A DNA stretch of 64,000 bases from Planctomycetota bacterium. Lineage in GTDB: Bacteria > Planctomycetota > PLA2 > JAEUHO01. The notes under the pieces are model-generated. The model was not told where the DNA came from and searched no databases. It was given only the letters and a program-made list of their open reading frames with translations. The stretch covers positions 1,408,001-1,472,000 of the forward strand of contig CBDCTJ010000007.1 of NCBI GenBank assembly GCA_965222115.1, given 5' to 3'. A program made the translations under genes and the position numbers. How positions within the stretch are numbered: the stretch's first letter is position 1; the number at the start of each line of letters is the position of its first letter. Positions 19,849 to 29,640 of this stretch are shown piece after piece.

Positions 19849-20562
19849 CTAAGTTGTCAAATCTCGGAGGATCTCGAAGGTGCCGTCCGGCGGGTCGAAG
19901 CGATAGCCCACGCCGTGCGCGGTGTGTATGAATGTGGGGCCCGCATCGCCGATCTTTTCGCGTACACGTGCCACGTGCATATCGACCGTGCGCGTAGATG
20001 GATAGCGGTCCACACCCCACACCGTATCGAGAAACGTGTCGCGCGAGACGACGCGCCCCTTCTCGGCGATAAGCAACTTTAGGACACCCACTTCCATCTT
20101 CGTGAGCGGATGAACCGTGCCGTCGCGTCGTACGGTCATCGCCGCGAGATCCACAACGGCGTTGCCAATGCGAGCTTGTTCGGGCGCGTCCGGTACATTC
20201 GACCGTAGCCGAGCTCGAACGCGGGCCATTAGCTCCTTGAGCGAAAACGGCTTCACCAAATAGTCGTCGGCGCCGAGATCAAGTCCGGTCACGCGATCTT
20301 CTTCGCGTCCGCGTGCCGTGAGCATCAAGATCTGCGCTTTGTTGCCTTCGCTTGTAAGGCGTTTGCAGATCTCATAGCCATCCATGCTCGGCAACATGAG
20401 GTCAAGCACGATTAACGCGAACGTCTTGGTGCGCGCACGATCCAGTGCCTGACGACCGTCGCTGATGCGTTCCACCGCATAGCCCTCTCGTTCCAAGGCA
20501 TCGCCCACCACCAGGGCCAAGCTCTCGTCGTCTTCGACCAACAGAAGTTCTGGCTTGCTCAT
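19849..20562 (-). CDS. OmpR/PhoB-family response regulator
   Basis: LLVEDD, VLDLMLP, LTARG, GADDYLVKPF, and the wHTH RTVDMHVARVREK..GVGYRF. Confidence 0.96.
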   Translation of the reverse strand: MSKPELLLVEDDESLALVVGDALEREGYAVERISDGRQALDRARTKTFALIVLDLMLPSMDGYEICKRLTSEGNKAQILMLTARGREEDRVTGLDLGADDYLVKPFSLKELMARVRARLRSNVPDAPEQARIGNAVVDLAAMTVRRDGTVHPLTKMEVGVLKLLIAEKGRVVSRDTFLDTVWGVDRYPSTRTVDMHVARVREKIGDAGPTFIHTAHGVGYRFDPPDGTFEILRDLTT

Positions 20563-22355
20563 GGCGACCTGTCCTTTGCTTCATACGGAAGTTCGATTGT
20601 GAAACGTGCGCCGCCACCGTCGCGATCTTCCGCATGCACTGTACCGCCGTGCGCGATGGCGATTTCACGGACGAAGTAAAGACCCAGGCCGACGCCCGGC
20701 ACGGCGCTTTCATCCGCGGAGCTACCGCGCACGAAGCGCTTGAAGAGACGTCGGCCACTCTCACCGCGCAGACCTACGCCGCGATCTGCCACCGAGATCC
20801 TGTACGCCTGCTCAACGGCGATTCCTGAAACGTCAATAGCGCCCCCGTGCGTGCCAAACTTGCACGCGTTGTCTATGAGGTTGCGAATCGCCGCTGCCAG
20901 TGCATCCGCGTCAATTGGCATGTCCCGCGAATCGGGCTCGATTGCCTCGTTCAGCGTGAGCGAGTGCTCCGCAACCACAGGTCGCATCTGTTCCACCACG
21001 TCTTGCAATACGCGGGACGGGCGATTTGGCGAAGGTTGAATGACGTAGTGGCCGGCGCGTTCCACGCGCGCAGCGTCAAGCACGTCGCGCACGCTTGCCC
21101 CGAGGCGCGTCATCTCTTTCACGATGTGTTTGGCGTACGTGCGCATGCGCGGCGAGGCATCCTCCTCGTCTTCCATGAACTCCGCCATGGCGCGCACCGA
21201 AGCAATTGGCGTCTTCATTTCATGCGACACCGACGCCACAAAGTCTGCTTGTAGGCGTTGCGCGCGTCGTGCCTTCCACACACCCCAGGCCGCGATGAGC
21301 ACGCCCAATGCAAAGATGCCGAGACCCAGCAATAGTGACGTCTTCGCCGTACGCGATGCGACGACGTCCGGCGCGGGCGCAACCAGTTCAAAGTCGCCGA
21401 GCTCGGCGGGAAGCAACGCTGCAACGATGGGCAAATCAGGCCTGGGCGCGTCCATCCGCTTTCGAACGCTCGCCCCATTCAGTCCGGCTCCTTGGTGAAG
21501 CACATCCGAAATGTGCAGGAGTTCGATGGAGTCAGCGGTGCGACGTGCCATGAGATGGTCTTTTGCAATGGGGACGATTGAAACGTCACCATTCTTCATG
21601 GTGCTTGCCAGCCACGAACCGCGCTGTGCATTTGATACGGCATGATCTAGATTTGGTTGATGATCGCCCCTTGGATGCGGCAGAAGTTCGAGGAGTCGTT
21701 CCGGCGGAAGCGAAGTGCCCGTGTGAATCAGCTGACCATGATCGAGGAGACTGAGCAGCTTGGAGCGCGCCGATTCACTTCCTTCGCTGTCGAGACTGCG
21801 CGCTTGAAAGTACAAGAGTCCATGCCGCAACAGCGTGCTCTTCGGGTCGAGCAACGTGTGCCCAATTGGTAGCGCGAGTCCATCAGCGGCCGCTTGTGCA
21901 CAGGCGTCGCCCTGCCCCAGCATGGTGAGTATGCGGCAACGTCGAAGATGAATGAGCGCGATCTGCTGAGCATGCGCGGCTTCGTCGAGATCAGCAGAGG
22001 CAATGTGCTCGATTGCAGATCGCAACATCACTTCAGCACGTTCGGGTTGTTGCTCGGTGAAGGCCACGTAGTCGGCTTCTTCGAGAATGAGTGCTGTACT
22101 CTCCGCAAGCCCCCTCGTTGCGTCCTCGTAGCGATTCACAATCAGCCACGCTGTGTGCGGCGTTCCCTGAAAGTCGCGTGCCCACGCCTTGAGGTTACGC
22201 GCTGCGGTTTCTAGGGACGTGCGCAACGCCTCGACGCGTTCTTGTTGGCGCTGTTTGCCCTCATGGACAAAGCCCTGCCACCCAAGCACGCCCAGCACGG
22301 CGCCGCCCGCCAAAAGCAGCAGCAGCGCCCCTACGAATGTGGCTCCGAGTCGCAT
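20559..22355 (-). CDS. Membrane sensor histidine kinase
   Basis: Two TM helices flank a large periplasmic region. H box VSHEMKTP, N box NLIDNACKF, G boxes DRGVG and GVGLGL; it overlaps the response regulator start. Confidence 0.95.
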   Translation of the reverse strand: MRLGATFVGALLLLLAGGAVLGVLGWQGFVHEGKQRQQERVEALRTSLETAARNLKAWARDFQGTPHTAWLIVNRYEDATRGLAESTALILEEADYVAFTEQQPERAEVMLRSAIEHIASADLDEAAHAQQIALIHLRRCRILTMLGQGDACAQAAADGLALPIGHTLLDPKSTLLRHGLLYFQARSLDSEGSESARSKLLSLLDHGQLIHTGTSLPPERLLELLPHPRGDHQPNLDHAVSNAQRGSWLASTMKNGDVSIVPIAKDHLMARRTADSIELLHISDVLHQGAGLNGASVRKRMDAPRPDLPIVAALLPAELGDFELVAPAPDVVASRTAKTSLLLGLGIFALGVLIAAWGVWKARRAQRLQADFVASVSHEMKTPIASVRAMAEFMEDEEDASPRMRTYAKHIVKEMTRLGASVRDVLDAARVERAGHYVIQPSPNRPSRVLQDVVEQMRPVVAEHSLTLNEAIEPDSRDMPIDADALAAAIRNLIDNACKFGTHGGAIDVSGIAVEQAYRISVADRGVGLRGESGRRLFKRFVRGSSADESAVPGVGLGLYFVREIAIAHGGTVHAEDRDGGGARFTIELPYEAKDRSP

Positions 22356-22406
22356 GCATACACACTGCCCGCTCCGCCCCGCCAAGTGTCACGCACTCGT
22401 AAAAAC

Positions 22407-22460
22407 TACGCCTGCGTGCCAGGCACTACGATGTACCCCATACGCCTGCGTGCCGGGCAC
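22407..22460. repeat. Two 20-bp direct repeats, each with an internal palindrome
   Basis: TACGCCTGCGTGCC(A/G)GGCAC at 22407-22426 and 22441-22460. Confidence 0.8.
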
Positions 22461-22470
22461 CGAGTAGTAC

Positions 22471-23409
22471 CTAAAGGGCCATGAGGGCGACGCCGAGGAT
22501 GGCGATGAGGGTGGCGATCCAGGCGATGGGGCCGCGGCGTTCACCGAGAAAAATGGCACTGAGGGGTAGCTGGTAGATGGGTGTTAGCGAGTTGAGGGTG
22601 GTGACGACGCCGGTGTGCGTGCCCCACTGAATGCCGAGTTGATTGAGCCAGATGCCGCCGAACGTGCCGACGAGCGCGCTGATGCCGAGAATGATGCGCG
22701 CGGCGGGCGCGAAGATCTGCCGAAGCCACGTTCGTAGGCGTCCACGGAGTAGGCCCCATGCCATAAGTGCAACGGTGCCTGTCGTGAGTCGAATGGACGC
22801 CGCAACGCTGCCTTCCATGTCGGCCACATTCATGGCATGACGCGTGAGTAACACAGCGGCCGCTTGCAGTAGCGCGGCGATAGCAGCATTCACCATTCCT
22901 TTGCGTGTGTCGCCAATAGGTCGCGAGGGGTCCGGTCGCTCAAGCACCGCCAGGGCAATGCCACCAAGCGTCACGGCCATTCCAGCAATGATTACGAGCC
23001 CGGGATGTTCGTTGTAGGGCGGAAGGGACGCGCCAATGGCTGTGACCACGGGTGCGAGGCAGAAGATCAACATCGCCCGTTGTGGCCCGATTTGAAGCAG
23101 GGCGCGCATGAGAAAGGTGTCGCAAATGGCGAGCCCCACAACACCCGATCCCACCAAGAAGAGGACGGATTCGGTTGGGCCATGAAAGGGAAACGGGTTG
23201 CCCTTGGTCACGAGCAGCAAGAGCGCGAACCCAATGGTGGCAGTGAGATTCTTGCCAAGGTTGAGCGCTGCACCCGATATGGGGCCCGGTACGCGTGCGA
23301 AGCCAATGCCCGCGCACGCCCACACCAAAGCACTTAATGTCGCGGCGATTTCGCCCGCGTAGAGGAATGGTGGCGAACTCGCCGTGGCCAGGGGCTGTGA
23401 AAGCGTCAC
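22471..23409 (-). CDS. DMT (EamA) family transporter
   Basis: Ten hydrophobic segments in two repeats; GEIAATLSALVWA, IGPQRA, TPI..LPLSAIFLGE. Confidence 0.9.
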   Translation of the reverse strand: MTLSQPLATASSPPFLYAGEIAATLSALVWACAGIGFARVPGPISGAALNLGKNLTATIGFALLLLVTKGNPFPFHGPTESVLFLVGSGVVGLAICDTFLMRALLQIGPQRAMLIFCLAPVVTAIGASLPPYNEHPGLVIIAGMAVTLGGIALAVLERPDPSRPIGDTRKGMVNAAIAALLQAAAVLLTRHAMNVADMEGSVAASIRLTTGTVALMAWGLLRGRLRTWLRQIFAPAARIILGISALVGTFGGIWLNQLGIQWGTHTGVVTTLNSLTPIYQLPLSAIFLGERRGPIAWIATLIAILGVALMAL

Positions 23410-23522
23410 TGCGTGTCATCCTTCCCCGGTCCGGCTGGAATGCCAAAGTTCCCCTGGCGTTTCTCTCCCTGCGCGCGGGCATGGGCAGAAGAATGTCTTC
23501 CCCAGCGAACTCGGAGTCACCT

Positions 23523-25553
23523 ATGGATTGGCAAGCGCAAAGAAGGCCACGAATCACTCGGTTGCGCGCCTGGCGACGGATCGTCTGTATCGCGCTCCTC
23601 GCCGCCGTCCTCCCCAGTTGCGGTGATCCCCAGCCCGCATCCGGTGAGAGGGACACGCGTGACGCGGACGCGCGCCCGGAACACGCCGATGTGGGCCCCA
23701 CCAAGATTCGTTTTGTAGATGTCACCAAAGAAGCGGGCATGACCGCGATCAATCATTCCGGACGTGCGGGGTCCAAGGAATATCTTATCGAAGCCGTCGG
23801 TCCTGGCTCTGCGTGGCTGGATTACAACCATGACGGCTTTATGGATCTCTTCATTCCCGATGGCGATGTCTTTAGTAACTATCGGTTCCAGCAGATTACA
23901 GAAGAGCGAGACGGCACCAAGCGCGATCGCGTGATTTGTGTGCGCCGCGAAGACGCCAAAGAGTCGTATCGCGCGCAGCTTTGGCGCAACAATGGTGACG
24001 GCACATTTACCGACGTGGCCGCCACGGCGGGCGTGGATAGTCCCGCATGGTCATTTGGCACGACGGCGTTTGACTACAACGCCGACGGATGGACCGATTT
24101 GTTTGTTGCCAACTGGGGCCACGATCAGCTCTATCGCAACAACCAAGACGGCACATTTACGGAAGTCGCCGCCGAGGTGGGCGTGCAGGGTGATGAAGGC
24201 GCATGGTCTACGTGTGCAGCCGTGGGCGATATCGACGGTGACGGGCGTTTGGATCTCTATGTCGCGCGTTATTCGGATCCGTCGGCGGAAGTGGACCGCC
24301 TTCGCCGGAAGAACAAGATGTCACTGGATGTGCCCGTGAACACAGTGCCCGGACGCGATACGTTTTGGCGTGGAATGCGAGTCTATATTGGTCCTGTGGG
24401 ACTTTTGCCGCAAGCCGATATTGCCTACCAACAGCAGGCAGACGGCACGTTTCGGGATGTTACGAAGGCATGGGGCCTTGTTCCGCTCGAGAGCCATCAA
24501 TACGGATTTACGACGGCACTATTTGACTATAATGGCGATGGATTGACCGATCTCTATGTTGCCAACGACTCCGTGGAAAACTTTCTTTGGGAACAAGCAC
24601 GCGACTCAAAGGACCGCGTGGTCTTTGAGGATCGAGCAAGCGTGCTGGGCGTAAAGACGAAAAGCGGCACGGCAGGCCAAGCCAGCATGGGGCTGACGTG
24701 CAGCGACATCAATCAAGATGGGGAAGTGGACTACTTCGTCACCAACTTCAGTCATGACTACAACAACATTTTTCTCGGAAACCGCATGAGCAGCGGAAAC
24801 TACTACTTCAAGGATCGCGGTCGGCGCGTGATGGCGCAACAGGTGTATTACGATCTATCGTGGGGATGCGGGTGGGAGGACTTCGATAACGATGGCGACT
24901 GGGATCTGTACGTTGCGAACGGTCACGTCTATTACGAAGTGGAAAACTTCAAAGACATTGGCTCCGAGTACGAGCAGTACAACGCGCTCTTTGAATGCAT
25001 CGATGCCGAGTCATTGAGCTATCGCGAAATCGGTCCAAAGGCACAGGCCAAGCCGGCCGGACTCGACCCAAAGGACTTGGATGCGGGTGACGGTATGGCC
25101 GTCAAGCGTTGTTCGCGGCAAGCGGCGTTTGCGGACTTCAACAACGACGGTCGTATGGACGTCGTCGTGAGCAACCTCAATGCCGCTCCGACCGTGCTCG
25201 CTGGGGCTGGCCCCTCCGATGAAAACCATGGATGGGTCAAGCTGACGCTTGAGATGCCAGACTCGGGCAATCGCGACGCCCTGGGCGCATTCGTGCAAGT
25301 CGAAACCGATGTCTCGGTGCAGTACCGACCGGTGGTGGCGCTCACCTCGTTCTTGGGAACCAATGACCCTCGGCTCCATTTCGGCGTAGGTGCGGCAAAG
25401 ACCTGCACGATTCGCGTTCGCTGGCCCGGTCAGCGAAAGTTTGAAACCGAACTCAATAATATTGCAATTGGCAAGCATTATCGTGTGATTCGAGGCAAGA
25501 AGGATCCTGTAGAGGTCCCAATGAAATCATTTGAAGTCACACCATCAAAATAG
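23523..25553 (+). CDS. CRTAC1-family lipoprotein (FG-GAP/VCBS repeats + ASPIC/UnbV domain)
   Basis: Lipobox LPSC, repeated DYNxDGxxDLxV and NNGDGTFTDVA motifs, and C-terminal NRDALGA..RLHFGVG..VRWP. The start is uncertain. Confidence 0.92.
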   Translation: MDWQAQRRPRITRLRAWRRIVCIALLAAVLPSCGDPQPASGERDTRDADARPEHADVGPTKIRFVDVTKEAGMTAINHSGRAGSKEYLIEAVGPGSAWLDYNHDGFMDLFIPDGDVFSNYRFQQITEERDGTKRDRVICVRREDAKESYRAQLWRNNGDGTFTDVAATAGVDSPAWSFGTTAFDYNADGWTDLFVANWGHDQLYRNNQDGTFTEVAAEVGVQGDEGAWSTCAAVGDIDGDGRLDLYVARYSDPSAEVDRLRRKNKMSLDVPVNTVPGRDTFWRGMRVYIGPVGLLPQADIAYQQQADGTFRDVTKAWGLVPLESHQYGFTTALFDYNGDGLTDLYVANDSVENFLWEQARDSKDRVVFEDRASVLGVKTKSGTAGQASMGLTCSDINQDGEVDYFVTNFSHDYNNIFLGNRMSSGNYYFKDRGRRVMAQQVYYDLSWGCGWEDFDNDGDWDLYVANGHVYYEVENFKDIGSEYEQYNALFECIDAESLSYREIGPKAQAKPAGLDPKDLDAGDGMAVKRCSRQAAFADFNNDGRMDVVVSNLNAAPTVLAGAGPSDENHGWVKLTLEMPDSGNRDALGAFVQVETDVSVQYRPVVALTSFLGTNDPRLHFGVGAAKTCTIRVRWPGQRKFETELNNIAIGKHYRVIRGKKDPVEVPMKSFEVTPSK

Positions 25554-25731
25554 TTGGCAAGCTATATGTATAATACAATAAAAATCGGCAACGCGTGGGG
25601 GGCGCGTGTGGGCCCGAGCGGAGACCTTTCGCCGGAGTTTTAGGCGCGACGGTGGGTCTTCGATCGTTCAATGTTGCCGCTCTTCGTGCGTGCTTAAGAT
25701 TGCACGTGCCTGAGCGTGCCGGAGCCTCTGC

Positions 25732-26148
25732 ATGAACGTGTCTGCCTTCCTTGCCAATGCCTCCCCGGTACTTGGCACTGCGTCGATTCGCGAATACGCA
25801 CCGGTACTAGCGATGTTGATCTTCGCGCTTCTATTTGCGGCGCTCAATCTCGGCCTTTCGTTTGTGCTCGGCAAGAAGGCGCCGCCGAATCCAGTTAAAG
25901 ACGCGGCCTACGAATGTGGCATGCCACCGATTACGGATGCGCATCAGCGCTTCAGCGTCAAGTTCTACCTCGTGGCAATTCTGTTCGTGTTGTTTGATAT
26001 TGAAGTGGTGTTCCTCTATCCCTGGGCCGTGTACTTCGGAAAGCTCAAAGCGTTTATGTTTTTCGAAATGCTCGTGTTCATCGGCATTCTCTTTATTGGT
26101 TGGTGGTACGTGGTGCGCAAGGGTGCGGTAGACTGGGCCAACGAGTAG
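25732..26148 (+). CDS. nuoA: NADH-quinone oxidoreductase subunit A
   Basis: [32 protein letters not shown]. Confidence 0.97.
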   Translation: MNVSAFLANASPVLGTASIREYAPVLAMLIFALLFAALNLGLSFVLGKKAPPNPVKDAAYECGMPPITDAHQRFSVKFYLVAILFVLFDIEVVFLYPWAVYFGKLKAFMFFEMLVFIGILFIGWWYVVRKGAVDWANE

Positions 26149-26192
26149 CCCGCGAAGAGTTCCAAGGTGCGTCCAACGAAAGGACTGTTTCA

Positions 26193-26846
26193 ATGACCCT
26201 TCCTCCTAGCCGCACGAGCGATGGCGATCGCGTCACGCAGAAGGCCGACATGCTGGAGGCCACGGGTAGCAGCGAGGGCTCGTTCCTGCTCAGCACGGTG
26301 CAGTCGATGGTCAATTGGTCGCGAAAGAACAGTGTGTGGCCGTTGCCGCTTGGTCTCTCGTGTTGCGGAATTGAGTTCATGGCCACCGCCGCGAGTCGTT
26401 ACGACATGGCCCGATTTGGCATGGAGGTCGCGCGTTTTTCCCCGCGACAGGCCGACCTTTTGCTCGTCGCCGGAACGCTCACCTACAAGATGGCGCACGT
26501 CATGACGCGCCTTTATGACCAGATGGCCGAACCCAAGTGGGTGATCGCAATGGGTGCCTGCGCGTCCTCAGGCGGCATGTTTCGCAGTTATCCCGTGGTG
26601 CAGGGCATTGACGAGTTCATTCCTGTGGACTTCTATATTCCCGGCTGCCCGCCACGTCCCGACGCCGTCCTCAACTGCCTGCTCCAGCTTCAGAAGAAGA
26701 TCGAGCGCGACCGCAGTTATCAATTGCGTTTGAGCACACCCGAGGCAGAGGCAAGCGATCCGCTCTCTGAAGAGAACGCGCTTCCAGGCAGGGGCGAAGG
26801 CCCACCCATTGCCTTGGCAACGGACGACCAAAGCTACGGACGCTAA
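26193..26846 (+). CDS. nuoB: NADH-quinone oxidoreductase subunit B
   Basis: [30 protein letters not shown]; AAGGA RBS precedes ATG 26193. Confidence 0.97.
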   Translation: MTLPPSRTSDGDRVTQKADMLEATGSSEGSFLLSTVQSMVNWSRKNSVWPLPLGLSCCGIEFMATAASRYDMARFGMEVARFSPRQADLLLVAGTLTYKMAHVMTRLYDQMAEPKWVIAMGACASSGGMFRSYPVVQGIDEFIPVDFYIPGCPPRPDAVLNCLLQLQKKIERDRSYQLRLSTPEAEASDPLSEENALPGRGEGPPIALATDDQSYGR

Positions 26847-26915
26847 CCCCTTTCGATTCTGCGCCCATTCGTGTTCCGCGGGTCGCCTGTCTCCCGCACC
26901 TAAGAGGCACCAATC

Positions 26916-27452
26916 GTGACGAGTTCTTCAGCCCCCACACTGCGATCCAGTTCCTTGACTTACAGCGACGCAGCGCCCGAATCCGTATCTGACGCCGTAG
27001 AGAAGGCGCTCGCACCCTTTAGTCCGTCGTGGTGTGTGCATCCAAGTCTTGAGGACCAAGGCGGGTATCCTGCGTGCCTGATCGCCGTTGAACATTGGCA
27101 GGACGCGTTTCGCGCACTTCGTGACTCAGCGGGATTCGATTATCTCCGCGACCATACGGCAGTTGACTACCCCGATCGCAAACCGCGTTTCACCGTGATC
27201 GGTTTGCCGGTCAACGTAACGACACAAGAACAGCTCATTGTGAAAACCCGCGTTGACGACGGTGAGGCCGTGCCCACGCTCAGCGGTCTCTGGAAATCGG
27301 CCGACTGGGCCGAGCGCGAGACGTTCGATATGTTCGGGATTCCCTTCTCCGATCACCCGGACCTCACGCGCATTTACATGCCGCAGGACTACGACGGCTG
27401 GCCCATGCGCCGCGACTTCCCGCTTCAGGGGCACCTGCGGTTTCAGGATTAG
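26916..27452 (+). CDS. nuoC: NADH-quinone oxidoreductase subunit C
   Basis: TAVDYP, ADWAERETFDMFGIPFSDHPDLTRI, PMRRDFP. Confidence 0.95.
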   Translation: MTSSSAPTLRSSSLTYSDAAPESVSDAVEKALAPFSPSWCVHPSLEDQGGYPACLIAVEHWQDAFRALRDSAGFDYLRDHTAVDYPDRKPRFTVIGLPVNVTTQEQLIVKTRVDDGEAVPTLSGLWKSADWAERETFDMFGIPFSDHPDLTRIYMPQDYDGWPMRRDFPLQGHLRFQD

Positions 27453-27490
27453 GCGCTTTCAGGCATATAGGCGCTTTCAGGATTAGGCCC
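27441..27490 (+). repeat. Short tandem repeat duplicating the nuoC 3' end
   Basis: TTTCAGGATTAGGCGC / TTTCAGGCATATAGGCGC / TTTCAGGATTAGGCCC. Confidence 0.75.
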
Positions 27491-27738
27491 TGAAGGGCAT
27501 GATTCTGAGATCGATTCTCAACAACGGGCCCCAAATTGGTGTCGAGCTGGGCGGTGTTTCGCGGTCGGAATTCACACCACCCAAGTGACGTGAATGCGTC
27601 ACTTGCGGACGGGTATGTCGTCGCGCGTTTTCTACTTCACGAAAGCGATTCCTGACTGCGAACCCTTTTCGCGCGTTGCCTGCTCCCTCATACCCTCATG
27701 GCGATCCACGCACCCCCCATGCGAGACCCCTGCGCCCC

Positions 27739-29061
27739 ATGAGCGTGCCCGCCGACCCTTCCGCTCCCGCTGCGCCCCCAACACCGGTGGGTGAGCCACC
27801 TGAATTTGCTCAGTCGCCGAGTACGAATCCAAGCAACCGCGGTGCGCACAACCCTGATGTTCAGGCCGACATTCTTTTGGATGCCGGGGATGACCCCGGT
27901 GAGCGCATGGTGCTCAACATGGGGCCGCAACACCCATCCACGCACGGCGTGTTGCGCATTCTACTTGAGATCGATGGCGAGCGTGTGATTACCGCCACGC
28001 CCGATGTGGGCTATCTCCATCGTGGCATGGAAAAACTCGGTGAGAGTCTTGGGTACCACCGTTTCATTCCCTACACAGATCGACTCGACTACCTCGCACC
28101 GCTTTCAAACAACTGTGCGATTGCATTGGCGGCCGAACGCGTCTGTGGCATTGACATTCCGGAACGTGCAAAGTCGTTGCGAGTGATTTGCTGCGAGTTG
28201 GCGCGCATCTCCGCGCACTTGCTCGGACTGGGCGCCTACTCCATGGACGTGGGCGCCATGACCGTGTTCCTGTACACGTTTACGGAGCGCGAGCGACTCT
28301 ACAACTTCTTTGAGTACCTGACCGGCGCACGCTTTACCACGTCGTATACCCGTATTGGTGGCGTTGCCCGTGACGCGGAAGATGGTTGGCTTCAAGAAGT
28401 CCTTCAGTTTGTGAAAGGCTTTCATAAGAAGGTCGATACGTGGGAGAAGTTGCTCACACGCAACCGCATTTGGCGCATTCGCAACGAAGGCGTGGGCGTG
28501 ATCACGCAACAGATGGCGCTCAGCTACGGCATCACCGGGCCCGTGTTGCGCGGCAGTGGCGTGCCTTACGACGTGCGCAAGGATCGGCCGTACTTCGGCT
28601 ACGAGAAGTACGACTTTGATGTGCCCGTTGGAGAACACGGCGACGCCTACGACCGCTATTTGGTGCGGTTGGAGGAAATGCGTCAATCGGCGCGCATCGT
28701 GGCGCAGGCCATCGACGGCATTCGTCCGGGACCGATTCTTGCCGACGAACCCAAGTACGTGCTTCCCGAGAAGTACGACGTGCTCACCAGCATGGAGGAG
28801 CTGATTCACCAGTTCATGTTGGTTACGGGTGAAATGGATTCGCCCAAGGGTGAGATTCACTCCTACATCGAAAACCCCAAGGGCGAACACGGCTACTACG
28901 TTCGTTCGGAAGGTGGCGCCGCACCCTGGCGACTCAAGATGCGCGCGCCGTCGTTCGTCAATCTGCAAGTGTTGAAGGACATCTTGCCGGGGCAAATGAT
29001 TGCCGACATTGTGGCCATTCTCGGCTCGATCGACTTCGTGATGGGGGAGTGCGACAAGTGA
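27739..29061 (+). CDS. nuoD: NADH-quinone oxidoreductase subunit D
   Basis: NMGPQHPSTHGVLR, GYLHRGMEK, DRLDY, ENPKGE, DFVMGECDK. It has a Pro-rich N-terminal extension and the start is uncertain. Confidence 0.97.
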   Translation: MSVPADPSAPAAPPTPVGEPPEFAQSPSTNPSNRGAHNPDVQADILLDAGDDPGERMVLNMGPQHPSTHGVLRILLEIDGERVITATPDVGYLHRGMEKLGESLGYHRFIPYTDRLDYLAPLSNNCAIALAAERVCGIDIPERAKSLRVICCELARISAHLLGLGAYSMDVGAMTVFLYTFTERERLYNFFEYLTGARFTTSYTRIGGVARDAEDGWLQEVLQFVKGFHKKVDTWEKLLTRNRIWRIRNEGVGVITQQMALSYGITGPVLRGSGVPYDVRKDRPYFGYEKYDFDVPVGEHGDAYDRYLVRLEEMRQSARIVAQAIDGIRPGPILADEPKYVLPEKYDVLTSMEELIHQFMLVTGEMDSPKGEIHSYIENPKGEHGYYVRSEGGAAPWRLKMRAPSFVNLQVLKDILPGQMIADIVAILGSIDFVMGECDK

Positions 29062-29570
29062 GCGACGCCACGACTGCGGCGCCCGTAAACGCCGCGCCAT
29101 TTCCGCCGGCTGAACTGAAGGACGCGTGCGAGTCGCTCATCGCGCGCTATCCCACGCGCGTGGCCGCACTGATTCCGATATTGCATCTTGCGCAAAAGCA
29201 CTTCGACAACTGGATCAGTCCAGAGGTGGAAGCCGGCGTTGCCAAGTATCTCGACGTGAGCCCGGCGCATGTGCGCGGCGTGTTGACGTTTTACAGCATG
29301 TACAACACGAAGCCTGCTGGGAAACATGAAGTCTGGATCTGCCGCACGCTTACCTGTTGGTTGCGCGGCGCCGACGATCTACGTAAGACCGCGCTCGACA
29401 AGGCGGGTTTGAAGCACGTGGGGGACGTGGGCGAAGACGGCAAGTTTCTGGTCAAGAACATGGAGTGTCTTGGTCTCTGTGAACAGGCCCCCGCTGTCTT
29501 TGTGGATGGCGAGCCACATATGCACGTGACGTGCGAGAAGTTGGCCGAGCTAATGGAGGGCTGTGACTAA
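29058..29570 (+). CDS. nuoE: NADH-quinone oxidoreductase subunit E
   Basis: TFYSMY, CRTLTC, ECLGLC..AP; the GTG overlaps the nuoD stop. Confidence 0.96.
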   Translation: MSDATTAAPVNAAPFPPAELKDACESLIARYPTRVAALIPILHLAQKHFDNWISPEVEAGVAKYLDVSPAHVRGVLTFYSMYNTKPAGKHEVWICRTLTCWLRGADDLRKTALDKAGLKHVGDVGEDGKFLVKNMECLGLCEQAPAVFVDGEPHMHVTCEKLAELMEGCD

Positions 29571-29640
29571 TCCAACGCACGGATCTCGTTGATCCATTGG
29601 GTCACCGAGCCCGGTATCAGGACCTCACTCAGAACGATTC

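Noticed and set aside
25554-25580. Sigma-70 promoter for the nuo operon (TTGGCA ... TATAAT)
   Set aside because: The spacing is only 9 bp. The AT-rich tract is suggestive, but no well-formed promoter can be called.
22407-27490. CRISPR arrays at 22407-22460 or 27441-27490
   Set aside because: There are only 2-3 short units, spacers are 14 bp or absent, and no cas genes are present.
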